DNA from: Eledone cirrhosa
Lineage: Eukaryota
Direction of reading: 5' to 3'
Assembly (NCBI GenBank): GCA_964016885.1
Contig: OZ024742.1
Span: 27,962,001 to 28,026,000, forward strand
Length of the DNA: 64,000 nucleotides
Positions 13,035 to 24,380 of the stretch are shown here, piece by piece. Every line of letters begins with the position of its first letter. Position 1 is the stretch's first letter. The notes under the pieces are model-generated. The model saw only the letters and a list, made by a program, of their open reading frames with translations. It ran no database searches and had not been told where the DNA came from. A program made the position numbers and the translations under genes.

Positions 13035-14477
13035 TTGTGTGTATGTAGTGGGGGGTTTGTGTGTGGGAATGTGTTGATGGTGTATGTGTTGATGGTGTGT
13101 GTGTGTGTGTGTGTGTGTGTGTAGTGGGAGGTATGTGTTGATGATGTGTATGTAGTGGGGGTATGTGTGTGTGTGTGTGTAGTGGGAGGTATGTGTTGAT
13201 GATGTGTATGTAGTGGGGGTATGTGTGTGGGAATGTGTTGATGGTGTGTATGTACTGGGGGGTATGTGTGTGGGAATGTGTTGATGGTGTGTATGTAGTG
13301 GGGGGGTATGTGTGTGGGTATGTGTTGATGGTGTGTGTGTGTGGTGTGTGTATGTAGTGGGGGTATGTGTGTGTTGTAATGGTGTGTGTGGGTATGTGTT
13401 GGTAGTGTGTATGTTTGTGTTGTAATGGTGTGTGTGTATTGTAGTGATAGGTATGTATATGTGTGTGTATATATGTGTATTGTAATGGTGTGTGTGTATT
13501 GTAGTGAGTGTATGTATGTGTGTGTTTATATATCTGTGTATTGTAATAGTGTGTGTTTGTATTGTAGTGGTGGGTATGTGTATATGTGTGTATATATGTG
13601 TATTGTAATGGTGTGTGTGTATGTATGTGTGTGTATTGCAGTGGGTGTATGTGTATGTGTGTATTCTAGTGATGTGTGTGTTTGTATTGTAATGGTGAGT
13701 ATGTGTATGTGTGTATTTTAATGGTGTGTGAGTGTGGGTATGGAAGTGGTGGGTGTGTGTATTGTAATGGTGGATATGTATGTGTATATGGGTATGTGTG
13801 TGTGTATTGTAATAGTGAGTGTGTGTGTGTGTGAGTGTATTGGGGAGGGGGAGAAGGATAACAGATAACTTCCCTTTAAACAATCTACTAATGGAGCCAC
13901 AAGAAAGGGAGAATTTTTCATATTCTTTGAGAATCTGTGCAGATGAGAGAGAGCTTGTGTGTGTGTGTGTAGATGAGAGAGAGGTTGTGTGTGTGTGTGT
14001 AGATGAGAGAGAGGTTGTGTGTGTGTGTGCAGATGAGAGAGAGCTTGTGTGTGTGTGTGTGTGTAGATGAGAGAGAGGTTGTGTGTGTGTGTGTGTGTGC
14101 AGATGAGAGAGAGCTTGTGTGTGTGTGTGTAGATGAGAGAGAGGTTGTGTGTGTGTGTGTGTGTAGATGAGAGAGAGGTTGTGTGTGTGTGTAGATGAGA
14201 GAGAGCTTGTGTGTGTGTGTGTAGATGAGAGAGAGGTTGTGTGTGTGTGTGTAGATGAGAGAGAGCTTGTGTCAAAATAACAGAGAGAGCTAGAGAGAGA
14301 GAATGAGAGAGATAGGCACACACACACATACAGAGTAAAAAAAGAAGAAAAAGAAGAAAAGGAAAAAAGAAAGAAGAAAGGAAAAAAGAAAAAAGGAAAA
14401 AAGAAAGAAGAAAGGAAAAAAGAAAGAAGAAGAAAGGAAAATAGAAAGAAGAAGAATAAGAAAGGAAAAAAGAAGAA

Positions 14478-14508
<31 letters not shown>

Positions 14509-14560
14509 AAGAAGAAGAAGAAGAAGAAGAAGAAGAAGAAGAAGGCAAAGAAGAAGAAGA
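13035..14560. repeat. Compound simple repeats: GT-rich array, (GTGTAGATGAGAGAGAG)-type minisatellite 13935-14275, (GAA)n
   Basis: Directly visible tandem units. Confidence 0.95.
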
Positions 14561-14579
14561 ATCAACAAGTGTTACTTAC

Positions 14580-14704
14580 TGTTTTGGTGCCCAAGTTCTC
14601 TATAGAACAGTGAAGGATTGCTGTTTCTCCTCTTCGAAATGTCACATTGGTAGGAGACGGGTTAAACCGTGGTATTGGTGCATTGTCTTCATATTGAGCA
14701 AAGG
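14580..14704 (-). CDS. Internal exon of a host Ig-superfamily cell-surface protein gene (Dpr/ZIG-8-like), first Ig domain N-terminal half
   Basis: Acceptor ttttgtttttccattgcag and donor gtaagt; 125 nt, phase 1 to phase 0; translates FAQYEDNAPIPRFNPSPTNVTFRRGETAILHCSIENLGTKT, matching the P.F...NVT...G..A.LHC.V..LG.K pattern of Dpr/ZIG-8 Ig1. Confidence 0.85.
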
Positions 14705-14939
14705 CTGCAATGGAAAAACAAAACAAAATAAAACATTAATAATAATAATAATTGTTTCTACTTTTGGCACAAGGCCAGCAATTAACCCATGTATTACTGG
14801 TACTTTATTTTATAGACCCTGTAAGGATGAAAGGCAAAGTTAACCTTGACGGGATTTGAACACAGACCATAAAGAGCCATAATTCTATGCTGCAAAGCAT
14901 GGCGTCCGACCCTCTACCAATACTGCCAATCCACCCACA

Positions 14940-15325
14940 AGGGCCAAAATGTAGGGTACAGTGGGGGTTTATAATAAGGTTAAGTAAAAGTGCACAATGG
15001 CAAGACTAATTTAACAATGAAGATATAAGAATATAAAATAAACTATGCATAAATATAACAAAATAAATTCCCCAATAGAGGATGGACGACTCAGGGGTGT
15101 ACCCCACCAATCCTGAACCAGCCTGCGCTTCTAGGGCACCCGGGGAGAGCACCCCTCTCCTCCTCAAATTAGCTAGCCTATAGGCGCATGGTCAGAGTAG
15201 GCCCATTCACACGGGCCATTCTCGCCACATTCATCCACCTTTTAGCAAATATACTGGGGGGGGGGGGCAGCACTTCTCTCTCCACCCTCACCTTCCTTTC
15301 CAGGTGAAACTTGAAGAAGTTGATT
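14940..15325 (-). mobile_element. Tx1/L1-like LINE 3' end (degenerate)
   Basis: Minus-strand translation INFFKFHLERKVRVEREVL..FAKRW resembles Tx1-clade ORF2 C-termini; family call from memory of the pattern only. Confidence 0.45.
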
Positions 15326-15392
15326 AATAATAATAATGGTTTCTACAATAGGCACAAGGCCACCAATTTTGGAGGAGGGAAAAGTGGATTAA

Positions 15393-15613
15393 CCCTTTAG
15401 CATTTACATTACTTTATATTTACTATTGTATTTTTATGGTAAAGGCTTTATCTTCCATAATTATCTCACATAATATCGAATCTATGAGATTTTGATGTTA
15501 TTTATTTTGAGAACAATACCTTAACGTCAGTATGAACACCCATTTTCAGACAGTTTGAGCAGAAAGAGCTGAGAGAATTCTGGCCGAATATGGTCGGTTT
15601 AAATGCTAAAGGG
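15393..15613. mobile_element. piggyBac-type MITE inserted in a SINE1 copy (about 15335-15750)
   Basis: TTAA duplication at 15389-92 and 15614-17; TIR CCCTTTAGCATTTA / TAAATGCTAAAGGG; related copies near 10927, 33720-33950, 34103-34318, 34696-34906. Confidence 0.85.
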
Positions 15614-16206
15614 TTAAATCACCCCCAGTGCATTATTGGTAGTTTATTTTATTGACCCCATAAGGATGACAGGCAAAGCTAACCTCAGTGGTATTTGAAC
15701 ACAGAACATAAGGGGAGGTAACTCAATGCTGTGAAGCATGTTGTCAATAATATTAATTGGACTGGATGGCATGTCTGCTAGAAAGAGGTACAGTGTACCA
15801 GTCACAACACAAGTAACTCAACAAATTAAGAATTTGGAGCAGATATATACTAATTTAAAGTATCGTAGCATATATAATATGTATGATGAATATGTTTCTC
15901 AGCAGAAAATCTCAATGGACGTTTGTCCAGAGTACCAATAATTCAAATGAAAAAGTATATATATTCTATTCTAGGGCGGGTAAAATTCCCGAGATCCATG
16001 GTCTCTGTCCCTCATTATCGCTGCCATGTCCTGCGTCTCCAACAGACCAGTGTCTGTCCTTAGGGCATCAACATACGTTAACCTTGGTCTTCCTCTTCCA
16101 GTGTGTAGGGGCTCCCACATTGCACAAATATATATATATAGTCATATATCATTAGAGAAACACATTGTATTATGTTTATATATATATATAACACATATAT
16201 ATATAT

Positions 16207-16550
16207 GGAGGCACATGGCTTGGTATGGAGGCACGTGGTTTGGTGGTTAGAGTATTGGCCTTGCAATCGAAAGGTCGTGAGTTCAATTCTCAGACCGGGT
16301 GATGTGTTGTTTCCTTGAGCACAATGGCACTATTGCTTCAGTTTACTCAGCTGTAGAAATGAGATGATAGGACTGGGGTCCCTATCAGTCCACTGTAAAG
16401 TCGTCGTGGAGGTGCCACGGCAAAAAAGCACCCAGCACTCACTGTAAATGAGGTTGGTGTTAGGAAGGGCATCCAGCTGTAGAAATCAAGCCAGAATTAG
16501 TTCCCGTCCCACCCTTGCAAGCAGGGAAAAGCGGACATAAAATGAAATGA
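16207..16550 (+). mobile_element. tRNA-derived SINE family 2 with RTE-derived tail
   Basis: Family consensus has A box TGGCTTAGTGG, B box GAGTTCAATTC and a CORE/V-like CCTTGAGCAAGACACTT domain (diverged in this copy); the 3' part matches the LINE 3' UTR. Confidence 0.9.
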
Positions 16551-16677
16551 TATATGTGTATATCTTCCAACTCTCTCAAGCATAAAACTAATTAACTAAC
16601 ATTTATTCATATTGTTTTATTGTGTAGTTTTTTCTTCTTGATCTATTTTGCATATATATATATATGCAAAATATATT

Positions 16678-17008
16678 AGTGGTTAGAGCATTGGCCTTGT
16701 AATCGAAAGGTTGTGAGTTGAATTCTCAGACCGGGTGATGTGTTCTTTCCTTGAGCAAGACACTTTATTTCACATTGCTCTAGTTTACTCAGCTATAGAA
16801 ATGAGATGATAGGGACTGGGGTCCCTATCATTCCACTGCAAAGTGGTCGTGGAGGTGCCACGGCAAAAAAGCACCCAGCACTCACTGTAAATGAGGTTGG
16901 CGTTAGGAAGGGCATCCAGCTGTAGAAATCAAGCCAGCATCAGTTCCCGTCCCACCCTTGCAAGCAGGGAAAAAGCGAACGTAAAATGAAATGATGATGA
17001 ATGATGAT
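16678..17008 (+). mobile_element. SINE family 2
   Basis: Near-identical to 16207-16550. Confidence 0.9.
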
Positions 17009-17011
17009 ATA

Positions 17012-17160
17012 TATTAATTCAAAATATTAAGAAAAATAGACATTCGTGTGATCAAGTATATTTTATTATACGAATCTCTATCACACGAATGTCTATTTTT
17101 GTTAATATTTTGAATTAATATTAATAACTCCGGAAAACCATTCCAGTTGAGTGCTTCCAA
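17012..17160. repeat. Inverted repeat with about 40-bp arms followed by an ACTC..GTTGAGTGC motif
   Basis: ATTAATTCAAAATATTAAGAAAAATAGACATTCGTGTGAT / ATCACACGAATGTCTATTTTTGTTAATATTTTGAATTAAT. Confidence 0.8.
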
Positions 17161-17211
17161 TCTATTGTAAAACTCATTCTTTGATTTATTCATTGAACCT
17201 TGTTTAACCTT

Positions 17212-17246
<35 letters not shown>

Positions 17247-17385
17247 AATGACTTATTTGGTTTGTTGATTATTCAACAAAGTTAATTTTACAACAGCTTA
17301 GAAGCACTGAACAGCATTTATCCTCACTGAACTTATAACATGAAGTTCACATGAAGATATGTCACTATCTTTACACCAATTATTA

Positions 17386-17446
17386 TATTTTGTCTGATGA
17401 AAGCGTACTTAAATATTAGTACCCTTGAAATACGTATAGTAAAATA
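17386..17446 (+). ncRNA. Type I hammerhead ribozyme motif
   Basis: TATTTTGT-CTGATGA-AAGCGTACT..AGTACCCTT-GAAA-TACGTA-TA-GTAAAATA; ATACGTAT palindrome in stem III. Confidence 0.75.
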
Positions 17447-17519
17447 AATATGGTTTTATAAAGATATTTTCCATTTATTAATATTATTGATATTATTTAT
17501 ATATATATATATAAAATCA

Positions 17520-17840
17520 CCATCATGATCTCCCAGTTGTTCCTGAGAGGGTCATGGGGGCAGAAACCTCAAACACTCCTTTCTGTTAGAAGCAACCATC
17601 TTCAAATGATCCGGCTGGATCCCCAAGCAAGACCAGTCAAGTTCATGAATGTTATCCAACCCTCTTGCAGAGGTTTTACCCCTGGGTCTCCTGCTGGTTT
17701 GTTTTGCTCATAGAATCTGTCCAGCGATTCTTTCCTGATACATTCTAACCACATGCCCATAGTGTCGGAGCTGTGTTTTCTCACTTCGGCGAAGTAGTGT
17801 CTCTACATGGAGTGATTCTCTGATCTCTGAACTAGGCACT

Positions 17841-17845
<5 letters not shown>
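17520..17845 (-). mobile_element. Divergent RTE-type LINE 3' fragment (other RTE-like fragments at about 15990-16120, 23880-24060, 25290-25500)
   Basis: QLRHYGHVVRM..RPRG and MRWLGHVLR..EGRRRRGRPR C-terminal motifs. Confidence 0.65.
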
Positions 17846-17905
<60 letters not shown>

Positions 17906-17935
17906 TATACATATATATATAGTTTTAATATAGAT

Positions 17936-17988
17936 GAGATTCTACAGGACTAGAACTGTTTCATTCTTTAGAAATCATCAGGAATCTC
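17936..17988 (-). ncRNA. Type I hammerhead ribozyme motif (left member of inverted pair)
   Basis: GAGATTC-CTGATGA-TTTCTAAAGAAT-GAAA-CAG-TTCTAGTC-CTG-TA-GAATCTC; 7-bp stem I. Confidence 0.85.
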
Positions 17989-17991
17989 AGT

Positions 17992-18040
17992 GATTCCTGA
18001 TGATTTCTAAAGAATGAAACAGTTCTAGTCCTGTAGAATC
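17992..18040 (+). ncRNA. Type I hammerhead ribozyme motif (right member of inverted pair)
   Basis: GATTC-CTGATGA-TTTCTAAAGAAT-GAAA-CAG..CTG-TA-GAATC. Confidence 0.8.
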
Positions 18041-18974
18041 TCATCTATAATAAAACTTTTATACTCTGCTATGTATTGAGTACCTTACTTACTGTGGTTA
18101 CCTCCGATTCAACCCGGAATAATGTATATATATATATATATATATGCTATTTTAATTACTGAAGACTCTATTAGTTACAGCTGCCATATTTCTAAATTCC
18201 TTTCTCTTTGACAAACATAAACAACAACAAAACCAATAAAAGAACAATCAAACAAACAAAAACAAAACAAAACAAAAGATTATGACGAACAAAAAAAATT
18301 TAACAAAAATGATAAAACTCATTGAAAATGAAGTGCGAAGTGTCACCTCTTAGAAGAGTAACATGGAAAGTCTGCGTTTGAGAAATTTCAAAGTCAGATT
18401 TCTAAATGTGTCTGACATGAATAATAAATCAGGAATCACAATATATTTGCAGGAATCGGAAATTTACCATATGTTTCATGAAATTAATATATTATAATTA
18501 TGAATCTCAAATCAACCAAATGACTTATAGGAAGCTACTCTTACTGAAATTCGGAGGCAAAATCAAAACTGAATTAATTATTATTATTAGAAAAAAAAGA
18601 ATCATAATTATTATTATTACATAGAAAGAAATTATTATTATTATTATTGGTGGTGGTAGTGGTGGGAGTAACAGTGGTGTTGGGAGGAGTAATAGTGGTG
18701 GTAGTGGTGGTGCTGGAATTTGGAGAAGTAGTAGTAATAGTAGTAGTGGTGGTCGTAGTAGTAGTAGTGGTGGTCGGAGTAGTAGTAGTGGTGGTAGTGA
18801 TATATATATATATATATATATATAGATTTTGAGTATATGTTGGTTGTATACCAACACCCCAGTATGCAGATTAGAGGACTCGACGAAGTGCGCAGGTTGG
18901 TTTGGTTACTCCGGAGTAATGTAAAATAAAATAAAATAAATAAGTCAAATGTTTAAAATTTAGCTTCGTTTATT

Positions 18975-19029
18975 ACTGCTATATATATTTCGGTGACAGC
19001 CATCTTTGGCTGTGACCTCTTCAGGCAGT
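18975..19029 (-). ncRNA. Type I hammerhead ribozyme motif
   Basis: Reverse complement of 19431-19485. Confidence 0.88.
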
Positions 19030-19430
19030 CCGAATTAGTGTGGTATAGACAAGTACATATGTTGTTGAGGTGTTTAACCTTGTCAATACTCTGATATGCC
19101 CAGTTCCTGGTTAGGTTGTTATTTCACTGAGGAACTGGAATCATATGAATTCAAACAAACGAATTTCAGTGTCAAAGGGCCTCTTCTCCTCTCATTGGTC
19201 AGTTCTTAGAACATTCCTCATTCAAAAGTCTATAGAAAATGTTGAATGAGGAATGTTCTAACCAATGAGACGAGAAGAGGCCCTTTGACACTGAAATTCG
19301 TTTGTTTGAATTCATATGATTCCAGTTCCTCAGTGAAATAACAACCCAACCAGGAACTGGGCATATCAGAGTATTGACAAGGTTATACACCTCAATAACA
19401 TATGTACTTGTCTATACCACATTAATTCGG

Positions 19431-19485
19431 ACTGCCTGAAGAGGTCACAGCCAAAGATGGCTGTCACCGAAATATATATAGCAGT
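19431..19485 (+). ncRNA. Type I hammerhead ribozyme motif
   Basis: ACTGC-CTGAAGA-GGTCACAGCC-AAAGAT-GGCTGTCACC-GAAA-TATATA-TA-GCAGT; all three stems present. Confidence 0.9.
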
Positions 19486-19751
19486 AATAAACGAAGCTAA
19501 ATTTTAAACATTTGACCTATTTATTTTATTTTATCTTATTTTATTTTATATATATATATATATTGAGGTGTTTTCTGATTTTTTAAAGATATTTTATCAC
19601 ATCAACATTCTATATCTCAGATCATATACAATATATGTGTGTGTGTGTATATATATATACATATATATATATATATTATATATATATATATGTAATATAT
19701 ATATATGTAATATATATATATATATATATAATATGTATATATATATATTAT

Positions 19752-20015
19752 ATATCCTCTGCAATTGCTGCCCATGTCTCACTACCATGCCGCATCAACT
19801 CCTCACACAGGCATCATACAACCGGCCTTTCGTACACAGGGAGAAACCCTTCTTCGTCAACAGAGGAAGCAGCTCCCTAAACTTCTTCCAACCCGTCCTT
19901 ATTCTAGATACTATGGCCTCGGAACACCCTCCTCCCATGCTAATCTGATCTCCTAGGTACCGGAAGCTATCCACCACTTCTATAGTGCCCTCCTGCATTT
20001 GAAAAATGTGTCTAT
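19752..20015 (-). mobile_element. Internal RTE LINE fragment between (TA)n tracts
   Basis: IEVVDSFRYLGDQIS..GWKKFRELLPLL..GRLYDACVR. Confidence 0.85.
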
Positions 20016-20076
<61 letters not shown>

Positions 20077-20079
<3 letters not shown>

Positions 20080-20399
20080 GTTAGTGGTTTAAGCATTGGC
20101 CTTGCAATCGAAAGGTTGTGAGTTCAATTCTCAGACCGGGTGATGTGTTGTTTCCTTGAGCAAGACACTTTATTTCACATTGCTCCAGTTTACTCAGCTG
20201 TAGAAATGAGATGATAGGACTGGGGTCCCTATCATTCCACTGCAAAATGGATGTGGAGGTGCCACGACAAAAAAGCACCCAGCGCTCACTCTAAATGAGG
20301 TTGGTGTTAGGAAGGGCATCCAGCTGTAGAAATCAAGCCAAAATCAGTTCCCGTCCCACTCTTGCAAGCAGGAAAAAACGGATGTAAAATGATGATGAT

Positions 20400-20400
<1 letters not shown>
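20077..20400 (+). mobile_element. SINE family 2
   Basis: As 16207-16550; TA-flanked. Confidence 0.9.
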
Positions 20401-20435
<35 letters not shown>

Positions 20436-20556
20436 CAATGAAAAGAGAGTTAGTTGATTTGTAATCAACTGATCTTACATATAACAGATGCCAGGCACTC
20501 AACGGTATAAATTTATCCGGAATATTATTATAATAATAATAGTAATAAACGAGAGA

Positions 20557-20872
20557 TATATACTTTATATCATCTCTATTTATTTTATTAGATATATTTC
20601 AAAGATGTAAATTTTATGTATAACATAAAGCAGTAGATGTCCTCTTCAGACAAAACACGAGATGTATAATTGTTTCATGATATGCTGGTAGACAAACTAG
20701 CTGGACAGATCGGTGACCACCAAGCATATATGTAATTATACATCTCATATGTAGTTTGTCTGAAGAGAACATCTTTTGCTTTATGTTATACATAAAATTT
20801 ACATCTTCGAAATATATTATAATATATATTATAATATATTATAATGAAATAAATATAGATGATATAAAGTAC
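20557..20872. repeat. Imperfect inverted repeat with degenerate hammerheads (20583-20655 minus, about 20754-20820 plus)
   Basis: Minus strand TTTTGT-CTGAAGA..GAAA-TATATC-TA-ATAAAA; stem II poorly paired. Confidence 0.6.
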
Positions 20873-21391
20873 TAAGAATAATGAGTTCTAAACTCAAGCA
20901 GTCCTTTACAATGAAATAGCTCAAAGAAAGAAGTATTTCTGAGCCGTGTAATACAAGTTAATATAAATTAATATATATGATAAAACACAAATACCAACAT
21001 ATAAGTGGATGATATAAAGTATATATCTTTCGTTTATTACTATTATTATTATTATTATTATTATGTGTGTGTGTGTGTGTAAAAAGTAAACATAAATAAC
21101 AAAGCAAATGACACAGTACATTAAAGAATTATATTAGTTTAACGCTTGAAATAGCAGAAAGAGAATCTTAACATTTTGGACACTAGTCCTTCATCACAAG
21201 ATAGAGTTAGAAATAGAAGATAAAACAGAAATAAAGAGTGAGGAGAGGAAGGAAAGGGTAAAAAATGAGAAAAAATAGGGAAAAGAAGTACACATGTATT
21301 TCGATAGCCATTTTGGAGATTTGCTGGTCAGGAGGTAACTTGAGCATTAGAGCGGGTTAGGAAGAGGGGTAATCATTATATATATATACAT

Positions 21392-21553
21392 AGTTATGTA
21401 ATAAACAACATAAGATAATTATTTCATTTACCAGTGGTTTCTTGAAGACAGGTGTTGTATCTGTCTTCAGTCGTTTATTACATAACTAATAAGCTCTGTA
21501 GCCTACATAGAGCACTCTTTTTTCCTGTACCTTGCCGATGGAAATACTTCATT
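21392..21553. mobile_element. Short foldback element (same family as 38994-39335 and 49511-49712)
   Basis: GTTATGTAATAAACAACATAAGATAATTATTTCATTTACC..GTTTATTACATAAC-TAATAAGCTCTGTA.CCTACATAGAGCAC. Confidence 0.75.
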
Positions 21554-21686
21554 TATATTTATACATATATATACATACACACACATATATACATATATAT
21601 ATATATATGCATATATATATATATATATATATTCATACATATATACATATATACATATATATATATAATATATATATTCATATACA

Positions 21687-21718
<32 letters not shown>

Positions 21719-22233
21719 CCTATACCTTTCCGACGGAAATACTTCATTTATATATATGGTGGCTGCCAACTCGTTTTCGAGTACGGCCACTACTTTATAT
21801 CCATGTAGGAGAACCCCTACCGATGCGCTGAACGAATGTGACTTTTTAGTCCAGCCAGCGACTTGAAAACTCTGGTACAAAGACTACACTTGTGACCATT
21901 ATTGACACATAGTGCTGGGCCCATGGTACCATGTGACGACAAGTGCAGAGAGATCTCCAGATATAAAGTAATGCCTGTGCTGTGAAGCTTTTATAGTGAG
22001 CAAAGGCACTGCACAAACCCAGTCCCACTCTCTCAACCAAGATGATATTTACCAAAAAGAAGAACAAGTCAACATCATTGGATACCATCAGGGTTGCAGG
22101 TGTTATATCAGAGTTTTCCTTCTCCTAGGATTCTGCCTTGACAAAGGCTAATAATATTATAAGCTTATTTATATATATACATATATATATACATACACAC
22201 ACATATATACATATATATATATGCATATATATA

Positions 22234-22372
22234 GCGAAGGAAATGTGGTAAGGAACCAGATGGACCATAAGCACCAAAGTACTCAATACTTAGGGTAGTA
22301 GAGTGGGTAATAGGAACAAGTAGGACCCCGACGGCTGAGCTGAAGCTGTTTCGACGGCTAATTCTGGACTAT
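22234..22372 (-). mobile_element. Short element carrying a hammerhead 3' half (GTC-GAAA..CCG-TC-GGGGTC) and ATTGAGTAC; relatives at about 23050-23230, 24379-24472, 41118-41217, 63304-63497
   Basis: Shared GGAAATGTGGTAAGGAACCAG..GTACTCAATACTTAG..GACCCCGACGG, always next to (TA)n. Confidence 0.7.
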
Positions 22373-22561
22373 CCTTCCACTGCAAGGTGGTCGTGGAGGT
22401 GCCACAGCAAAAAAGCACCCAGCACTCACTGTAAATGGGGTTGGTGTTAGGAAGGGCACCCAGCTGTAGAAATCAAGCCAGAATCAGTTCCCGTCCCACC
22501 CTTGCAAGCAGGGAAAAGCGGACGTAAAATAATGATGATGATGATGATGATATATATATAC

Positions 22562-22594
<33 letters not shown>

Positions 22595-24315
22595 ACATAT
22601 ATATATATATATATATTCATATACATGTGTGTGTGCATATATATATATATATATCATCATCATCATCATCGTTTAACGTCCATGTTCCCCGCTTGCATGG
22701 GTTTGGACGGGAGTTTTCCCACTTGAGGCAAGAGTGGTTGTCTTGCTCGCATAGGACTGTCTGGCGGGTTTTCTACAGCTGGATGCCCTTCCTAACACCA
22801 ACCACATTTACAGTGTGGGACTGGGAGGTTTTTACCGTCTTGCCTACACGGCCACATTACAGCGTGGACTGTCTGGCGGGTTTTCTACAGCTGGTTGCCC
22901 TTCCTAACACCAACCACATTTACAGTGTGGGACTGGGAGGTTTTTACCGTGTTGCCTACACGGCCACATTACAGCGTGGACTGTGTGTTTTTTTGTCGTG
23001 ACACCTACACGATCTCATTTGTTTCGGCCTGGATATATGTATGTATATATGAAAAAACCAGAACCCTGACGGCTGAGCTCCAGCCGTTTAAACAGCTAGA
23101 TCTGGCTGTGGAAACAGCTGGAGCTCCGCCGTCGGGGTCCTGAATCTTTTCACATTACCCACTCTACTATCCCAAGTACCGAGTACTCTGGTGGGTTATG
23201 GTCTACCTGGTTGTTACCACATCCTATCTGATACACATATATATATATACAAGCACATACACACATATATATATGCACACACACATATATATATATATAT
23301 ATGCACATACACATTGTGTATGTAGATGAATAGATAGACAGAACAATAGATATCTATACACACACAAGCACACATATTTTTGAGAGTGTTGAAGAGTTAT
23401 TGTTGAGTAAAATTGAAATAAGGTGTTTATTTATTAAGACATATCTCCATTCACTTGTAAAACACAGGAAGCATCATAAAGTTAAACTGAATTCTTGTCC
23501 TAATTTGCTTTGTTTAACAATTTTCATATCTTTCATATTACACTTACAAAAGAAATCTATGGTGAAACAGCTGTAGTCTTTATAAACACAATATCTACAA
23601 TAACAATTAGATTTACTTGGTGTGGTGGTGGTGACAGTGGTGATAGTGGTGGTGGTGGTGGTGGTGTTGGTGCTGTGGTGGTGGTAATGGTGGTGGTGGT
23701 GATGAAGGTGATAGCAACAGTGGTAGTAGTAATGGTGATGATGAAGGCATTGGTGGTGGTTTTGTAATGGTGTATGTCATGGTGATGATGATATTGGCGG
23801 TGGTGGTGGTGTTGATCCTGGTGGTGGTGATGGATGTGATGGTGGTATTCATGATAGTGATATTTTGGCTTATCATAAAACCATAAAACCTTGGATTTCA
23901 TTTCCTTCTCTACCAATTTTAGCTGTCTTTCTTGGTCTTCCTCTTCTTCTCCTTCCTTCCTCATTCCTTTCTATCACTCCTCTCATCAAGTAACTTTCAT
24001 ACTTCCTCAACACATGACCCAACCATCTCATTCCATTTCTCTTCACAACATTCAGCACTGTTTATATAAATTTTGTAGTGGTGCCAAATGCAAAGCAAAG
24101 ACACACACATATATATATAGAAGAGATTTTGTGCCAATACCGTACATTTGTTTCATTCATAATGTAAAAATCAACCTGACATTTGCCCATGGTGCTACAC
24201 AGTGGTATCAAATCTGAAACGATGTGCTTGGAAAAGCAACTTCTTAACACAACTGATGATTATGCACTGCGTGTATAATCATTAGTTATTGAACATGTGT
24301 GTGTGTGTATGTGTA

Positions 24316-24380
<65 letters not shown>

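Larger units (their letters stand above)
18922..19548. repeat. Large palindrome (about 300-bp arms, 16-nt spacer) with a hammerhead in each arm; Penelope-like pLTR-type element
   Basis: Arms 18922-19225 and 19242-19548 are near-exact reverse complements. Confidence 0.9.

Noticed and set aside
13032-14568. His/Thr-rich and poly-Ser/Leu ORFs (also 36315-38447 and 51318-52429)
   Set aside because: Translations of microsatellites.
16207-16300. tRNA gene calls for SINE heads
   Set aside because: A and B boxes are present but there is no complete cloverleaf or acceptor stem, and the sequence continues into SINE body; the source tRNA cannot be assigned.
900-19770. LINE fragments at 536-928 and 19752-20015 end near the same codon, as if one split element
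   Set aside because: They are 19 kb apart with a host exon between them and differ in the overlap; coincidence is more likely.
23560-23606. 47-nt candidate exon (ag..gtaagt, minus) and a signal-peptide-like ORF at 24062-24250
   Set aside because: The first encodes no hydrophobic signal; the second includes a TA/CA microsatellite and lacks a donor in the needed phase.
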